Notes: a model not told the origin generated them from the letters alone. A stretch of 64,000 bases of DNA from Candidatus Bathyarchaeota archaeon (GCA_963828195.1 CAWHDT010000005.1:640001-704000); one strand, 5' to 3'; positions 19,259 through 29,287 are shown, numbered from the stretch's first letter. Numbers and translations: made by a program.

Positions 19259-20632
19259 CTAAAAGTCTTCCAAGTCGAAGGCGAGATAGCCTTTTGCTTT
19301 GAGTTTTTCTTTTTGGTGAATCTTTCTTGCAACTATTCCTATCTGGATGTTTTCAGGCAGTTTCGGGACGAATTTTACTTTACTCGTTAGGGTTCCCAAA
19401 ATTTTCTGGGCTTCAATGCATTGAAGTTCCTGCCATTTGAATTCGAATGCATATGTTGTTTTTTCGCTGGTTCCTATTAGATCAATCTCGTAGATTTCAC
19501 TGCCTTTTGCCGCCATAGGCATTTTCCCCCATTGCTTGTGTGCTCTTAATAAGTCTAGCTTTGTGATTAGAAACTCCTTTGCGGCTCTTTCAAAGGCTCT
19601 TCCGTAGTAACAACTGAGGTTTTCCTTAAACTTACAGATAAACTGGGGATTCCTAGAGGCATAGTCGGAGAAGTTCTTGTATATCTGGTTGAACCAGAAT
19701 TCAAGCAAGGGGTGCTTTATTACATATATCCCTCTTTTACCATAAAATGGCATCTCGGTATCTATTAACTCGAAGTTATCTTTCAATTCGCCCATTTGCC
19801 GTGTTATAGATGTTGCAGGAACGTTGAGGTAGCCAGCAATTGAAGATAATCTGTTGTTTCCAATAGCTATAGCTTCGAGAATTGAGTAATAGATTCCGCT
19901 TCTTCCACCAAACTCCTGAGATAGAATTGTGTTCACTTCTTCTTCAAGGGGCGCACTCTTGCTCAAGAACAGATAATCTATAATTTCTAAAGTTGTTTTT
20001 CCTTTTAAGCCAAAGTCTTCGACCGCAACATAATATTTCGGGTATCCCCCGAACAAGAAATACAACTCCAGCAGTTCAGTTTTTTGCAAGTTGAGTTCTT
20101 GCCCTATTTCAAAGCATGATGTTAGGCTAAGGGGGTTTATCTTGTAGCCGCGTTTTATTCTCCCATAAAGAGGCTCTTTTGAATGCTGAAACATTTTTTT
20201 CATCAAACCAATAAGCGACCCAGCTAGAACTATCATAGCTGGATTGCTCTCATGCAGATCCACTTGCTTTTGTAGGGAGCCCAAAATGGAGGGGTCTACA
20301 TCTACAAAGTTTTGGAATTCATCAAAAACAATTGGCGGCGTTTGTCTGGTGATGCAGATTTCAAAGAATTTGTCCCATGAGGGCAGAGTCTCCAATTCGC
20401 CTAGAACCTTTTTTGTCTTAAGTATTTCTTGGAATTCCAGAAGCAAGTCGTCTGATGTCTTGTTTCGGTTTACAAAGAAATAGATGCCGTTTTCTTTGAG
20501 GAACTCAAGTAGGAGCCGGGTTTTTCCGACTCGTCGAAGACCGTAAATGGCGACTAAGAATAGTTTGTTTTGGGATAGCTTTTGGAGATTGTTTAATTCG
20601 TCTAGTTCCGTTTTGCGGTCAATGAATCTCAA
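19259..20632 (-). CDS. Archaeal ATPase with DUF234/PD-(D/E)xK C-terminal domain
   Basis: FIDRKTEL, GLRRVGKT, FDEFQ, GGYPKY, EIDL..FEFKW; TTCAGTAACTGAA palindrome upstream (20656-20668). Confidence 0.85.
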   Translation of the reverse strand: MRFIDRKTELDELNNLQKLSQNKLFLVAIYGLRRVGKTRLLLEFLKENGIYFFVNRNKTSDDLLLEFQEILKTKKVLGELETLPSWDKFFEICITRQTPPIVFDEFQNFVDVDPSILGSLQKQVDLHESNPAMIVLAGSLIGLMKKMFQHSKEPLYGRIKRGYKINPLSLTSCFEIGQELNLQKTELLELYFLFGGYPKYYVAVEDFGLKGKTTLEIIDYLFLSKSAPLEEEVNTILSQEFGGRSGIYYSILEAIAIGNNRLSSIAGYLNVPATSITRQMGELKDNFELIDTEMPFYGKRGIYVIKHPLLEFWFNQIYKNFSDYASRNPQFICKFKENLSCYYGRAFERAAKEFLITKLDLLRAHKQWGKMPMAAKGSEIYEIDLIGTSEKTTYAFEFKWQELQCIEAQKILGTLTSKVKFVPKLPENIQIGIVARKIHQKEKLKAKGYLAFDLEDF

Positions 20633-20737
20633 TTATATTCACTAACTGAATAATTCAGTAACTGAATATATTTAAATTTTAAGGTTGTATTGCCGCCTAA
20701 GCTCTTTCCAACATCTTTGACTTCAATACCCGAAGGT

Positions 20738-22009
20738 TTAGCTTTGCTGCTGTTTGAATCTGAGCATAGCTGCGATGCCGCCAAAAGCGTTCTTGAGCAT
20801 CTGACCTTCTTCGGTCTCCGTCGAAATTACCTCGACATCCGTGTTTGACATCTCCGCTAGCTCAGCCAAGTCGTCTATGACATCTTTTTTTTCGAGAATA
20901 GTCATGGATGGTGCACTGCATTTTGGGCAAGGTTTCCCGGTTAAGCTCTGCTCGAAACCCGCGACTTCTTGGCTTTTAATGGTGTGCTGCTCTTCATAGC
21001 CGCAGGCGCTGCATTTAACGGTCACGCGAACCAGATCCAGACTCTCAGACATGATAAGTAAACGAATTGCTCCCGCCTGCAAGAGCCGCCTCACCTCGGC
21101 TTCACCGTAAGTTATCATGCCCGTGTCATGGCCAACTTCGTAGAGGAATTTCTGCATGATATCTTTCTCTTCAATGTATCGGACTTTCTTCATTATCTCA
21201 GGCGCTTTATCCATCACTTCCTTAACGCCCTGCTCCTCCACATAAGCCGTGTCAACGACATCGAGAATTTTATCTTTCAACTGATAATTCAAGTAACCGC
21301 CTTTCTCAAAATCATATTTTGTGGGTCCAGGACCGCCAAGAATGATCCCTTTTAGGGTGTCAATGGGAAGGAAAGTTTCGTTCGCATGTGCGCCAACACG
21401 GGTAAAATACTCGTTTAGCTGCATGTCCCGCAGCCGTTCATATCGTCTAGATGATTGCCCACCTGCCTTAGTTTTACCCGTAACCCCGGAGTGCATTTGC
21501 CTGACGATTTCCATGTGTTTACCTTGCAAGGTGGCGATGGTAGCGTTATTGGCATCCACCAGCAAGATTCCGTAGGTTTCTTTCTCCCGCAACATCTCTT
21601 GCAGATGCTCAGTATGAAAACGAGAGTCACAGCGATAAAGAAAAATCCTGATAGGCTCAGGCGGAACAATCACGTAGGATTCCATGCGTTCAGTGCCTGG
21701 AGCGCCTCCTTCCTGCAGAAGAGCACCTGTAAAAATCACTATGCCTTTTTCGCCTGGGTCTTTGAAGAGCTTGAGTTTCTGCTGGGCTTTAGTGATGGCG
21801 TCGAGTACGTTTTTGCGGGTTACGTTGGATTTGATGTTGCTGGCTGTTCCATATTCGTTTCGCAGAAGGTTCAAAGCGTCGCTGATTTGTTTGCCCGGCG
21901 GAACATAGACGGTGATGAGTTCGGTGTGGCTGCCCTCTTTACTGGCTAGGGCGTTAAGTGTTTTTCTTAGCCGAAATAGCTCAAGAGACGATTTTTTCTC
22001 TGTACTCAA
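20738..22009 (-). CDS. prf1: Peptide chain release factor aRF1
   Basis: NIKS, YRCDSRF and GGQS motifs; Zn-ribbon minidomain. Confidence 0.96.
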   Translation of the reverse strand: MSTEKKSSLELFRLRKTLNALASKEGSHTELITVYVPPGKQISDALNLLRNEYGTASNIKSNVTRKNVLDAITKAQQKLKLFKDPGEKGIVIFTGALLQEGGAPGTERMESYVIVPPEPIRIFLYRCDSRFHTEHLQEMLREKETYGILLVDANNATIATLQGKHMEIVRQMHSGVTGKTKAGGQSSRRYERLRDMQLNEYFTRVGAHANETFLPIDTLKGIILGGPGPTKYDFEKGGYLNYQLKDKILDVVDTAYVEEQGVKEVMDKAPEIMKKVRYIEEKDIMQKFLYEVGHDTGMITYGEAEVRRLLQAGAIRLLIMSESLDLVRVTVKCSACGYEEQHTIKSQEVAGFEQSLTGKPCPKCSAPSMTILEKKDVIDDLAELAEMSNTDVEVISTETEEGQMLKNAFGGIAAMLRFKQQQS

Positions 22010-22091
22010 ATAACTTCACTAATTACTAAGTCAATCGGATAACTAACGTTAAAAGGAATCAAATAAAAGTTCCGACATAAAAAGCGGGAGA

Positions 22092-23102
22092 TTAGGCTTT
22101 TGGCTTAACTGGCGGTGCCGCTGGCTCAGACATCGGTGCCCCAATGGCTTCTCTGAGATAAGCCTTGAATGGACCCAGCTTCCCACCATAGTTACCAGAC
22201 GAAATCTTAACTATGCCGGGCACGCCGAGGGCTGCGGTTACGCCTTCTTTCATGCCTTTTTTGACTGCGTCCAAGGTTAAGCCGTTCATAACAATTTCGT
22301 AAACGCATTTGACGCCTTCTGGCACAACAGAGTCAGACACAAGTGTGCGCAGCGTTGGGCAGTACGGGTGGTTAGTTGAGGCTTTAAGTTTGTATTTAAG
22401 CGAGCCAGCCTTGCTTCCTGAACGGCAGACTCCTCCTGGAAACTGCATAATCACATCAGGAGCATTTGCGCGGATTGCATCTGCCGCCGCTTCAGCCGAT
22501 TTCAATCCTGATGGCTGATCTTCAGCAAAAATCATAAAGTTGCCGCCTGCAACCGCTTCCATAGCGCCAAAACCGTTTTCAACGATAAATTCGCCTTCCA
22601 TCACGGGAAGCTTCCAGCATTTTCTTCCTCCAACCATGGCTTTTTTCTGGTACCCATCGCCGAAGTATCGTAAGCTGTTGCCAACGTCCAATGTTCGTTT
22701 GCCGACTAACCCGTTGAAGGCTGCGGTTGTTGGACAAGTCAAAGTGCATTGACCAATACGCTGCATAAGTTGGTGCTTGAGTTCAAATCGGTCACGATTA
22801 TAAATTTGAATTAGCACACCTGGCCGCTTGTCAGGGGTCTGGTCTGCTGGAACAGTCCGCTCGATTGCTGCTTCCGCAGTTGCCTCAATTACGCTCGTGG
22901 CAAAACCCGTGGTTAAACTCGCGGCGATTAATGCCCACTTCTCGTTTTGAGCGGTAATTAAAACTCTTCCGACCCAAAGAGGAAACATTTCTGCAAAGGT
23001 ATCTTGAACCTTCACAACGTTTCCCATGGGCGATTTTACAAGGAACATTTTTTCTTTATCGTCATAGCTTTGGATTTCAACCGCGTTAGTGTTTGATGAC
23101 AT
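22092..23102 (-). CDS. ftr: Formylmethanofuran:H4MPT formyltransferase
   Basis: DTFAEMF, GFATSVI, TPDKRPG, RIGQCTLTCPT, AGGNF, SGSK, GNYGGKLG; start MSSNT at 23102. Confidence 0.92.
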   Translation of the reverse strand: MSSNTNAVEIQSYDDKEKMFLVKSPMGNVVKVQDTFAEMFPLWVGRVLITAQNEKWALIAASLTTGFATSVIEATAEAAIERTVPADQTPDKRPGVLIQIYNRDRFELKHQLMQRIGQCTLTCPTTAAFNGLVGKRTLDVGNSLRYFGDGYQKKAMVGGRKCWKLPVMEGEFIVENGFGAMEAVAGGNFMIFAEDQPSGLKSAEAAADAIRANAPDVIMQFPGGVCRSGSKAGSLKYKLKASTNHPYCPTLRTLVSDSVVPEGVKCVYEIVMNGLTLDAVKKGMKEGVTAALGVPGIVKISSGNYGGKLGPFKAYLREAIGAPMSEPAAPPVKPKA

Positions 23103-23332
23103 TGAGAGACCTTGCAGTTCAGTTGGGAATTGTATAGTTTCAATACCTTTATTATTGATATTTAAACTATTAATCCCTATCAACTTTATCTGCGTCCCTC
23201 TTAGTCGGATTATTCATTAATTAACTTTACTGAATGAATCTTAACCCTTGAATTTACTCGGTAATAACCCTAACCGCTTTAACCCACTTTTTTCCATAAG
23301 CATGGTTGACGATAGCACATACCCTTAAATTA

Positions 23333-23833
23333 TTATGAAATTTTGAAACCCCAAACATAATTAATAATATATGGATTGAAAGAAACTTGTTGCTCGGCAG
23401 TAATAATTTGAGTACTGTTACTTCCATAATCTTGAGTTATGTATATAGAGTTTGTAGAATTAAGAATATAGTAAGTGTCCATTAAATCCCAACCATCAGC
23501 AACATATACACGAACAGGAAAGGTTTGATTGTTTGTTATTATCAAACTTAGAACATTTGGTATTATCTGAATTAAAGCACTTCCATTTACAGGTGTAAGA
23601 GCATAATAAGGTGTACCATTATAGCAATTACAATATAAGAGTGTTAAGTTCTGAACAGTGAAAGGTAAGGGATAAAGTGTTACTCCATAAACTTCCTTTG
23701 CAGTTTGTGGAGTAATTGGGGTGTTTGCTGTGATTCTGATTATTGAATTATGATTTAAAGTAACTGAAATACCTGCTATTGTACTTGCAACTATAAGAAT
23801 TATCAAGATTGATATAACTATTTTTTTATTCAA
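23333..23833 (-). CDS. Membrane-anchored extracellular protein (element cargo)
   Basis: MNKKIV signal anchor; N/T/Y-rich with several N-x-S/T sequons; very AT-rich. Confidence 0.55.
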   Translation of the reverse strand: MNKKIVISILIILIVASTIAGISVTLNHNSIIRITANTPITPQTAKEVYGVTLYPLPFTVQNLTLLYCNCYNGTPYYALTPVNGSALIQIIPNVLSLIITNNQTFPVRVYVADGWDLMDTYYILNSTNSIYITQDYGSNSTQIITAEQQVSFNPYIINYVWGFKIS

Positions 23834-23950
23834 TTCTATCTCTAATATTCCAATTTACGCTTTTCAGATTTAAAACTTATCATCAATGAAAAATAGCAGT
23901 GCTACCGAGAACAAAAATACTCTCTAATAGCGGTTAGGATAACGCTAAAT

Positions 23951-24205
23951 ATGCAGCCTAACAAACTATGTTTTGGTGAGAATATGAACAAGATAGTATT
24001 AACAGAAAAAAGTAAGGGTTTTGTTATAGATAAACAAGAATGCCTTAATTGTAAAGCTGAATTCTTTTTTAAAATTAAAGACAATGCACTAATCGAGGCG
24101 AAGGGGTATGCAAAAAAGAAATCTGACAAAATTATTAGCTGTAAAATTTGTAATTCGGAATATAGTTTTGAAGTTAAAGGGTTTTCTGGTCGTGTTGGTC
24201 TCTAA
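23951..24205 (+). CDS. Small Zn-finger protein (CxxC...CxxC)
   Basis: CLNC and CKIC pairs; convergent with terL; start may be MNKIVL. Confidence 0.5.
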   Translation: MQPNKLCFGENMNKIVLTEKSKGFVIDKQECLNCKAEFFFKIKDNALIEAKGYAKKKSDKIISCKICNSEYSFEVKGFSGRVGL

Positions 24206-25677
24206 CTCCTTGAAAATAATCCTTTTTTATTTTGGTTAAGACGATTAGTGATAACAAAATTTCTATTGATAATAGGATGAATAGTGTTAGACTGCTTACC
24301 GAAATTACTCCAAGTTTCACCAGTGTTCATGTCATGAATAACTATTCTTCCACCTGTCGCTGGTTTAATAGGAAATTGCTGTTCATCCCAGAAGTTTAGC
24401 AACAAAAGAGAATCGACTAAATCGTCGTAATGCGGATTGCCTTGTTTTTTATAAGACTTCATTTCTTGAATTAAATCGTCATATTCTGATGATATCTCTA
24501 ACCCTTGACTCTCTATTACATGGCTAAGTTGTCCTTGCATGACTTCTTTGTAATAGCGTGAATTGACAGAGAAAACTTTGCTCTTACCGTAAGCTTCCGA
24601 TATGAGGTCAGACCACATAATGGGCAGACTATCAACCTTAACAAGCTGTACTTTATAGGACTTTAGAAACTCTGCTATTTCTGCAACTGCACCGTTAATC
24701 TGTTCAAATCCCCATGTCTTACGGAAGAGAACTTTAAGCTTATACTTACCGTTTTTCTCCCCTATTGTTAAGGCTAATTTGTCTCGGTCAGTGTGTCCAG
24801 TTCCACCACCGTCTATTCCAGCCCATCTAATACCTCCTTCGCTTAGTACCTGTTCTCTAATAGCTTTGTTAATTTGCTCTGTGTCCCATAGTAACTTAAT
24901 GCTGCTCTCGGATATTTCCCCGAGTACATCCCTTTTCCACTCATCTTCCGTCATTATCGTTTTCTTATTGCTTAGTTCTTCTTGACTATGCCAATCACAG
25001 TCTATTTCGCTCCACTTGAAAAGAGTAAAATTGTATTTCTTTGGGTTTTTGAGTATCTCATTAAACTTAGAATATCGAGAACTCGGAGTGCCTAAGACTA
25101 CCAGCTTAATCTTTTTACCGCTAAGATTTCCGTAAGCTGTAGATAGTGTTTCAGAAGGCATTAATTCAGCCTCATCTAAAAAGAGAATGCTTGCACTTGC
25201 TCCCCGTATGCCTTTCTCGGAAGAGGATAATAGCTGTACCTTGCTACCGTTCTTTAAAGAGTAGCCGTCTTTAGGAATAATGTTAGCTACCCCTTCCCAA
25301 CTTACATACTGTCTAAGCTCTGGGTTACTGCTAAAGATGTCTGTTATGTGTTGATAAACGTAGTTCTCTTTAGCAGAGACTAAGCACACTTGAATCTTGT
25401 TTTTGAGTGTTAAGTAAATGGCTGCTACTGCACAGCAAAGGCTCTTTCCAGTCTGTCTTCCAGCACTGATAAGAACATTCGTTAGCTCTGGGTTTTCTAA
25501 TCCCTGTAAGACCTCTACTTGTTTAGCGGTAGGAATTAGCTCTGTAATCTTAGTAAAAAATTCTGTTATGCTGAGACTGAGAAGGCTATTAACTTCTTTA
25601 GTTATTGCTAAGTTACCTTCTTTAGCCTTCAATCGGTCTCGATATTTTTTCTGCTTCTCAGCGTTAGTCATAGGCAT
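24202..25677 (-). CDS. Terminase large subunit-like ATPase-nuclease
   Basis: PTAKQ, AGRQTGKS (Walker A), IRG, LFLDEA (Walker B), LGTP, WAGIDGG and HYDDLVDS RNase H-like nuclease motifs. Confidence 0.85.
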   Translation of the reverse strand: MPMTNAEKQKKYRDRLKAKEGNLAITKEVNSLLSLSITEFFTKITELIPTAKQVEVLQGLENPELTNVLISAGRQTGKSLCCAVAAIYLTLKNKIQVCLVSAKENYVYQHITDIFSSNPELRQYVSWEGVANIIPKDGYSLKNGSKVQLLSSSEKGIRGASASILFLDEAELMPSETLSTAYGNLSGKKIKLVVLGTPSSRYSKFNEILKNPKKYNFTLFKWSEIDCDWHSQEELSNKKTIMTEDEWKRDVLGEISESSIKLLWDTEQINKAIREQVLSEGGIRWAGIDGGGTGHTDRDKLALTIGEKNGKYKLKVLFRKTWGFEQINGAVAEIAEFLKSYKVQLVKVDSLPIMWSDLISEAYGKSKVFSVNSRYYKEVMQGQLSHVIESQGLEISSEYDDLIQEMKSYKKQGNPHYDDLVDSLLLLNFWDEQQFPIKPATGGRIVIHDMNTGETWSNFGKQSNTIHPIINRNFVITNRLNQNKKGLFSRS

Positions 25678-25693
25678 TAAAGAATAACCTTCT

Positions 25694-25837
25694 TTATTTC
25701 TTGGATTCTGGGTTTGGTTGTGGTTGATTTAAAAGATTCCCATCTGCATAGAGTTTCTTGTAGAACTCAAGGTTCTTTTTACTTAATCCAATTTGGGTTA
25801 GAATCTCTTCCTTGACTTCTTCGCTGCTTTTGGTCAT
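25694..25837 (-). CDS. 47-aa hypothetical protein (not in ORF track)
   Basis: MTKSSEEVKEEILTQIGLSKKNLEFYKKLY...; ATGA-coupled to the upstream gene and directly before terL. Confidence 0.5.
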   Translation of the reverse strand: MTKSSEEVKEEILTQIGLSKKNLEFYKKLYADGNLLNQPQPNPESKK

Positions 25838-26508
25838 TTAAAAATTCCCTTTCTCTTAGTCTTAGCTTCCTTAGATGCATCCGCCCGTAACTGTTCTTCT
25901 GCATCATGTTTCGCTTTCTGTTCTGCCTCGTATATGCCTTTAGGAATCCATTGCCCTGTGTCTTCTCGTCTAACAAAACCAAAACCAGTCATTCCAAAAT
26001 CGTCTGGATATTTCTTCTTAGCTTCTGGTTGCTTTGGTTCTTGTAATGTAGCTGCATTTTTCACTGTTAGAAACTTAGCTATAATTGGGTCGTTAATTGG
26101 TGCAATCTTAAGCATGTAAACGTAATCGACTGTCTCGCCTTGAGTATCTGAGTTCATAGTTCCGACTTTTACTTTAGCTGTTGAGTAATCCTCTGACCAT
26201 TCTATATCCGAGCTTTTGTATATGCTGCCTTCGTAGAAATCAAAACGACCGTTCCCATTGTATCTTAGACTATACCGACCGTTTCCATCACTAAGACTAA
26301 TTGCAACCCCGACTGGTAATGTTGCTACTAAAAGCTCGCTGCGTGGCATTGATTGATACTCTGCTATCAGGTCGTTTAGTCGTTTTATAGCTGCCTTCTG
26401 TGCCTCTACCGAGGGATAGATAACACTCGGGTTTCCTACACTATTCTGTAGAGTTTCTATTTCTGTTAGAAGCTCTCGTTTCTTAATTTTTAATTCTTCT
26501 TGATTCAT
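25834..26508 (-). CDS. Hypothetical protein upstream of terL
   Basis: 224-aa ORF with purine-rich AAGGGG upstream; helical N-terminus, beta-rich middle, charged C-terminus. Confidence 0.6.
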   Translation of the reverse strand: MNQEELKIKKRELLTEIETLQNSVGNPSVIYPSVEAQKAAIKRLNDLIAEYQSMPRSELLVATLPVGVAISLSDGNGRYSLRYNGNGRFDFYEGSIYKSSDIEWSEDYSTAKVKVGTMNSDTQGETVDYVYMLKIAPINDPIIAKFLTVKNAATLQEPKQPEAKKKYPDDFGMTGFGFVRREDTGQWIPKGIYEAEQKAKHDAEEQLRADASKEAKTKRKGIFK

Positions 26509-26514
26509 TTTGAT

Positions 26515-26715
26515 TTATACCCCTTTTTTATTCTCACTATCATGAAATGAGAAATTGGAATTGTAAACACTCGCTCCCTGAGTAACTACTGGAAACTTTG
26601 CTAATCTCCTTAGTTCTCTGGGAGACTTTGTTTGGTTTGGACAATGCTTTCTTATAGAATAACCTCGCCTTTCCGTATCTTGTCTATACTGAAAACCTCT
26701 TAATTCCCTGCTCAA
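26515..26715 (-). CDS. Small basic hypothetical protein
   Basis: Overlap-coupled within the element operon. Confidence 0.4.
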   Translation of the reverse strand: MSRELRGFQYRQDTERRGYSIRKHCPNQTKSPRELRRLAKFPVVTQGASVYNSNFSFHDSENKKGV

Positions 26716-26927
26716 TGTGACCTACACTCCCCAGAATCACAAAGTTTCTGATAATAGTATTTTATATCCAATTTACTATTAGCGATAGGAGAAGGTAGAC
26801 CGAACTTAGTTAAGAGAGCTATATCATTCTCTAACTTTGATATGGTCTTCATTCTTTCCCGTCTAACTGGACACGTAGAAGAACAACTTTTCTCTGGAAA
26901 GGCTCTTTTCTTAATTGAGTGGGTCAT
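26712..26927 (-). CDS. Small Cys-containing hypothetical protein
   Basis: CSSTC...CDSGEC; ATGA coupling at both ends. Confidence 0.45.
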   Translation of the reverse strand: MTHSIKKRAFPEKSCSSTCPVRRERMKTISKLENDIALLTKFGLPSPIANSKLDIKYYYQKLCDSGECRSH

Positions 26928-27166
26928 TGTTCCCTACTCCAATCTCTCATTTCTGGATATACTTCGTTTCGTAACCAGACTAATCTATTAGAATTTCTTA
27001 TTTCGGTGTGCCATTGATAGGCTTCATTAATAGACTCTGCTTCCCCGTCAAATTCTAAATAACAGCCCATTGAACAGAAAAGGTCAGTCTCTAACTCTGG
27101 CTCGTAAAGTTTACCACATTGAACACATTTCCGTTTAATTACGGCTAATGAGCCTAAGTTTGCCAT
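26924..27166 (-). CDS. Treble-clef/TRASH-like Zn-finger protein
   Basis: CVQCGK...FCSMGC; start ATG overlaps the upstream stop (TAATG). Confidence 0.55.
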   Translation of the reverse strand: MANLGSLAVIKRKCVQCGKLYEPELETDLFCSMGCYLEFDGEAESINEAYQWHTEIRNSNRLVWLRNEVYPEMRDWSREQ

Positions 27167-27330
27167 TAACAAAACTTCCCCTGAGTGCTCCGTTTTCTTG
27201 GGATAGGATGGTCTCTTTTACATCTATTACCGCAACATACTTTTTTAGGGTCATAAGTTTGGAAGATTGTATCGCACCGAATACACTTCTTTGTTAAAAT
27301 AATCGATGAAATAGGAGCTAAGATTTCCAT
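27166..27330 (-). CDS. 54-aa treble-clef-like Zn-finger protein (not in ORF track)
   Basis: MEILAP...KKCIRCDTIF...VCCGNRC; same Cys pattern as the downstream gene. Confidence 0.55.
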   Translation of the reverse strand: MEILAPISSIILTKKCIRCDTIFQTYDPKKVCCGNRCKRDHPIPRKRSTQGKFC

Positions 27331-27332
27331 CA

Positions 27333-27515
27333 CTAAACACTTACTGCCTTGATTGCTGCCTTCTGTACTTTTGAAAGGTTAAGAAGCTTACAATTATCAG
27401 AAAGCATATTGTTTACTAAGTTATCTGGTAAAGTAACATTCATTTGAACTGGATGCTTGTTTCCACACTCGGGGCATACAGCATCAATAACAAAACTATG
27501 GGTCTTAGTTCCCAT
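27333..27515 (-). CDS. Small CPxCG protein
   Basis: MGTKTHSFVIDAVCPECGNKH...; coupled start (TAATG) at 27515. Confidence 0.5.
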   Translation of the reverse strand: MGTKTHSFVIDAVCPECGNKHPVQMNVTLPDNLVNNMLSDNCKLLNLSKVQKAAIKAVSV

Positions 27516-27640
27516 TAGACCACATCCCCTAACATTATTCTGCCACAATCGGCGCAGAGAAATCTTTGTTTCTTTCCCTGTCTGGTAATCTGCTTACCAG
27601 CTTTAACGATATGGCTACTGCCACATTGACATTTTTTCAT
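27515..27640 (-). CDS. IS1 InsA-like zinc ribbon, 41 aa (copy 1; not in ORF track)
   Basis: MKKCQCGSSHIVKAGKQITRQGKKQRFLCADCGRIMLGDVV; AT-rich TATA-like sequence upstream. Confidence 0.75.
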   Translation of the reverse strand: MKKCQCGSSHIVKAGKQITRQGKKQRFLCADCGRIMLGDVV

Positions 27641-27755
27641 TGTAGGCTACCCCTAATATATTGATTGATAGAAAGATATATTAAAGCTTCATGGTACTTA
27701 ATTATACCCTAAACTTAATAGTTCTGTGGTCGTAGAAAAATTAGCTATTCAGTTA

Positions 27756-27816
27756 TCCCTTTTTGCATTTTTCATACCCTTAAAATATCTACATCTTGCT
27801 ATGCAAAAAAGGGAAC
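27756..27816. repeat. Palindromic unit E1 (TCCCTTTTTGCAT...ATGCAAAAAAGGGAAC)
   Basis: Imperfect inverted arms around a TACCCTTAAAATATCTACATC core; similar to 30915-30986 and 31387-31464. Confidence 0.75.
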
Positions 27817-27826
27817 ATTCTTGTAA

Positions 27827-29287
27827 CTATGTCGATTCTTTTCTCTTTCTCGTTTGCTGTTCTCTTATCATTTTAGCTGTTTTTTCTTTTCCGAAAAAAA
27901 GGTACGAAGTGCGAGCATTATCATAATTTAAGCTCGGTTCTGAACCTTCTTTTAAAAGCATAAGCGTATCGCAGCTTGAGCACCGTTTAGGTCTACCGAT
28001 GTCTGTAGTCTGATATTCAAATTTCTCGTAGCAGTTGGAACAGTGACCATAACCAAAACCAAAATCAAGCCTCTTAACTAAACAATCAATAGTTATTTCT
28101 GGTACGAAACCAACATTTGCTTTATTACTGGTTTTGGCTTTTCTTTTAGATTCTTCACTTAGAATAAGAGTATTTAAGTCTTCCATAACCCTATTTAGAC
28201 CGATAGTGTAAAGGTCGGGGTTCTTTGTCTTCATATCTTCCATTTTCTTTCTAAACCGTTCCACTGCATCTTTACCGTAATAATATTCTATCGCCTTTCT
28301 GGTAATTTTTTCTGCTATTGCTAAAGTGTCTCGGGATATGAATAACGCATCTGCTTCGCATTTCACTGCACCGTATTTTTCTATAAAATCAGCATGCTTG
28401 AGTTTCTTGGTATACTTTAGTTCTGGATTATCTCTAAATTTGTTTACTTCCTTCATTAATTCAATGTCTTCGACTAATGGAAGATTGTATCTTTTTATAT
28501 CCTCTATGTTTAGACCAACTCGTTTAATTACTAATTTCTCTGGGTCATATCTCGTACTTGGTTTTATTTCCTCTAAGTATTCTTTGAAATTATCTGACAT
28601 CTGCCGACCAACAATATCGAAATCGTAAAAAAGTAGTAGTACGGGAGTGAGTTTATTCTCTTCGGCTTTCTGTGCCAACTTTGCTATGTGGTCTAATATT
28701 AACAGTGGCGCTCTTCCTTTAGTGCTTACGATTGGTATATGGTACTCTTGGCAAATAGGCGCTAATACTTCTTTAAGGTCTCCTTTTTCAACAGACATCA
28801 TAAGATAATACTTTTCGTCTTTCCAGAATCCAGTATTAGATTCAGCTATGTTATTCATTTTATCGGTAATGAGTTCTTGAATTTCCATAAGTCCTTCTGT
28901 TGGGTCTGTTTCTTCGATTATGCCTTTAAAATGTCGAGTCTCGTCTTGGTCTTCTTTAACAAAGTCCATAGGTAACAGGTTTGCTTTTCTACAAACTGCA
29001 ATAGCAGCACCACATTTTTTAAATTCTGCTTCTGTTTTAGCTATTTTTCCCTTAGATTCTAATAAATAACCCCAACCTCTAACATTACGCTTGATACCTG
29101 TTTCTGCATCAAAAGCCTTAAGGTCGTTAGCAAAGCGCCAATACCTTTCCCTATTATCGGGGTCACTAATGCTTCCTGTTGGAATATACCCTTTCAGTTC
29201 TTTAGGTTTTGTATAGACAGCATTGTATTCTTTCCCGAACATCTTAGTCGTAGCACTTTCAAACACTTTTTTGATAGCGTCATTCAT
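27827..29287 (-). CDS. Type IIB topoisomerase A-subunit-like (Mini-A/Topo VIII-A-like) Toprim protein
   Basis: VRGWGY winged-helix Tyr motif, SVEKGD, STKG, YDFDIVG (DxD), RVGLN, EADAL; C-terminal CxxC..CxxC. Confidence 0.72.
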   Translation of the reverse strand: MNDAIKKVFESATTKMFGKEYNAVYTKPKELKGYIPTGSISDPDNRERYWRFANDLKAFDAETGIKRNVRGWGYLLESKGKIAKTEAEFKKCGAAIAVCRKANLLPMDFVKEDQDETRHFKGIIEETDPTEGLMEIQELITDKMNNIAESNTGFWKDEKYYLMMSVEKGDLKEVLAPICQEYHIPIVSTKGRAPLLILDHIAKLAQKAEENKLTPVLLLFYDFDIVGRQMSDNFKEYLEEIKPSTRYDPEKLVIKRVGLNIEDIKRYNLPLVEDIELMKEVNKFRDNPELKYTKKLKHADFIEKYGAVKCEADALFISRDTLAIAEKITRKAIEYYYGKDAVERFRKKMEDMKTKNPDLYTIGLNRVMEDLNTLILSEESKRKAKTSNKANVGFVPEITIDCLVKRLDFGFGYGHCSNCYEKFEYQTTDIGRPKRCSSCDTLMLLKEGSEPSLNYDNARTSYLFFGKEKTAKMIREQQTRKRKEST

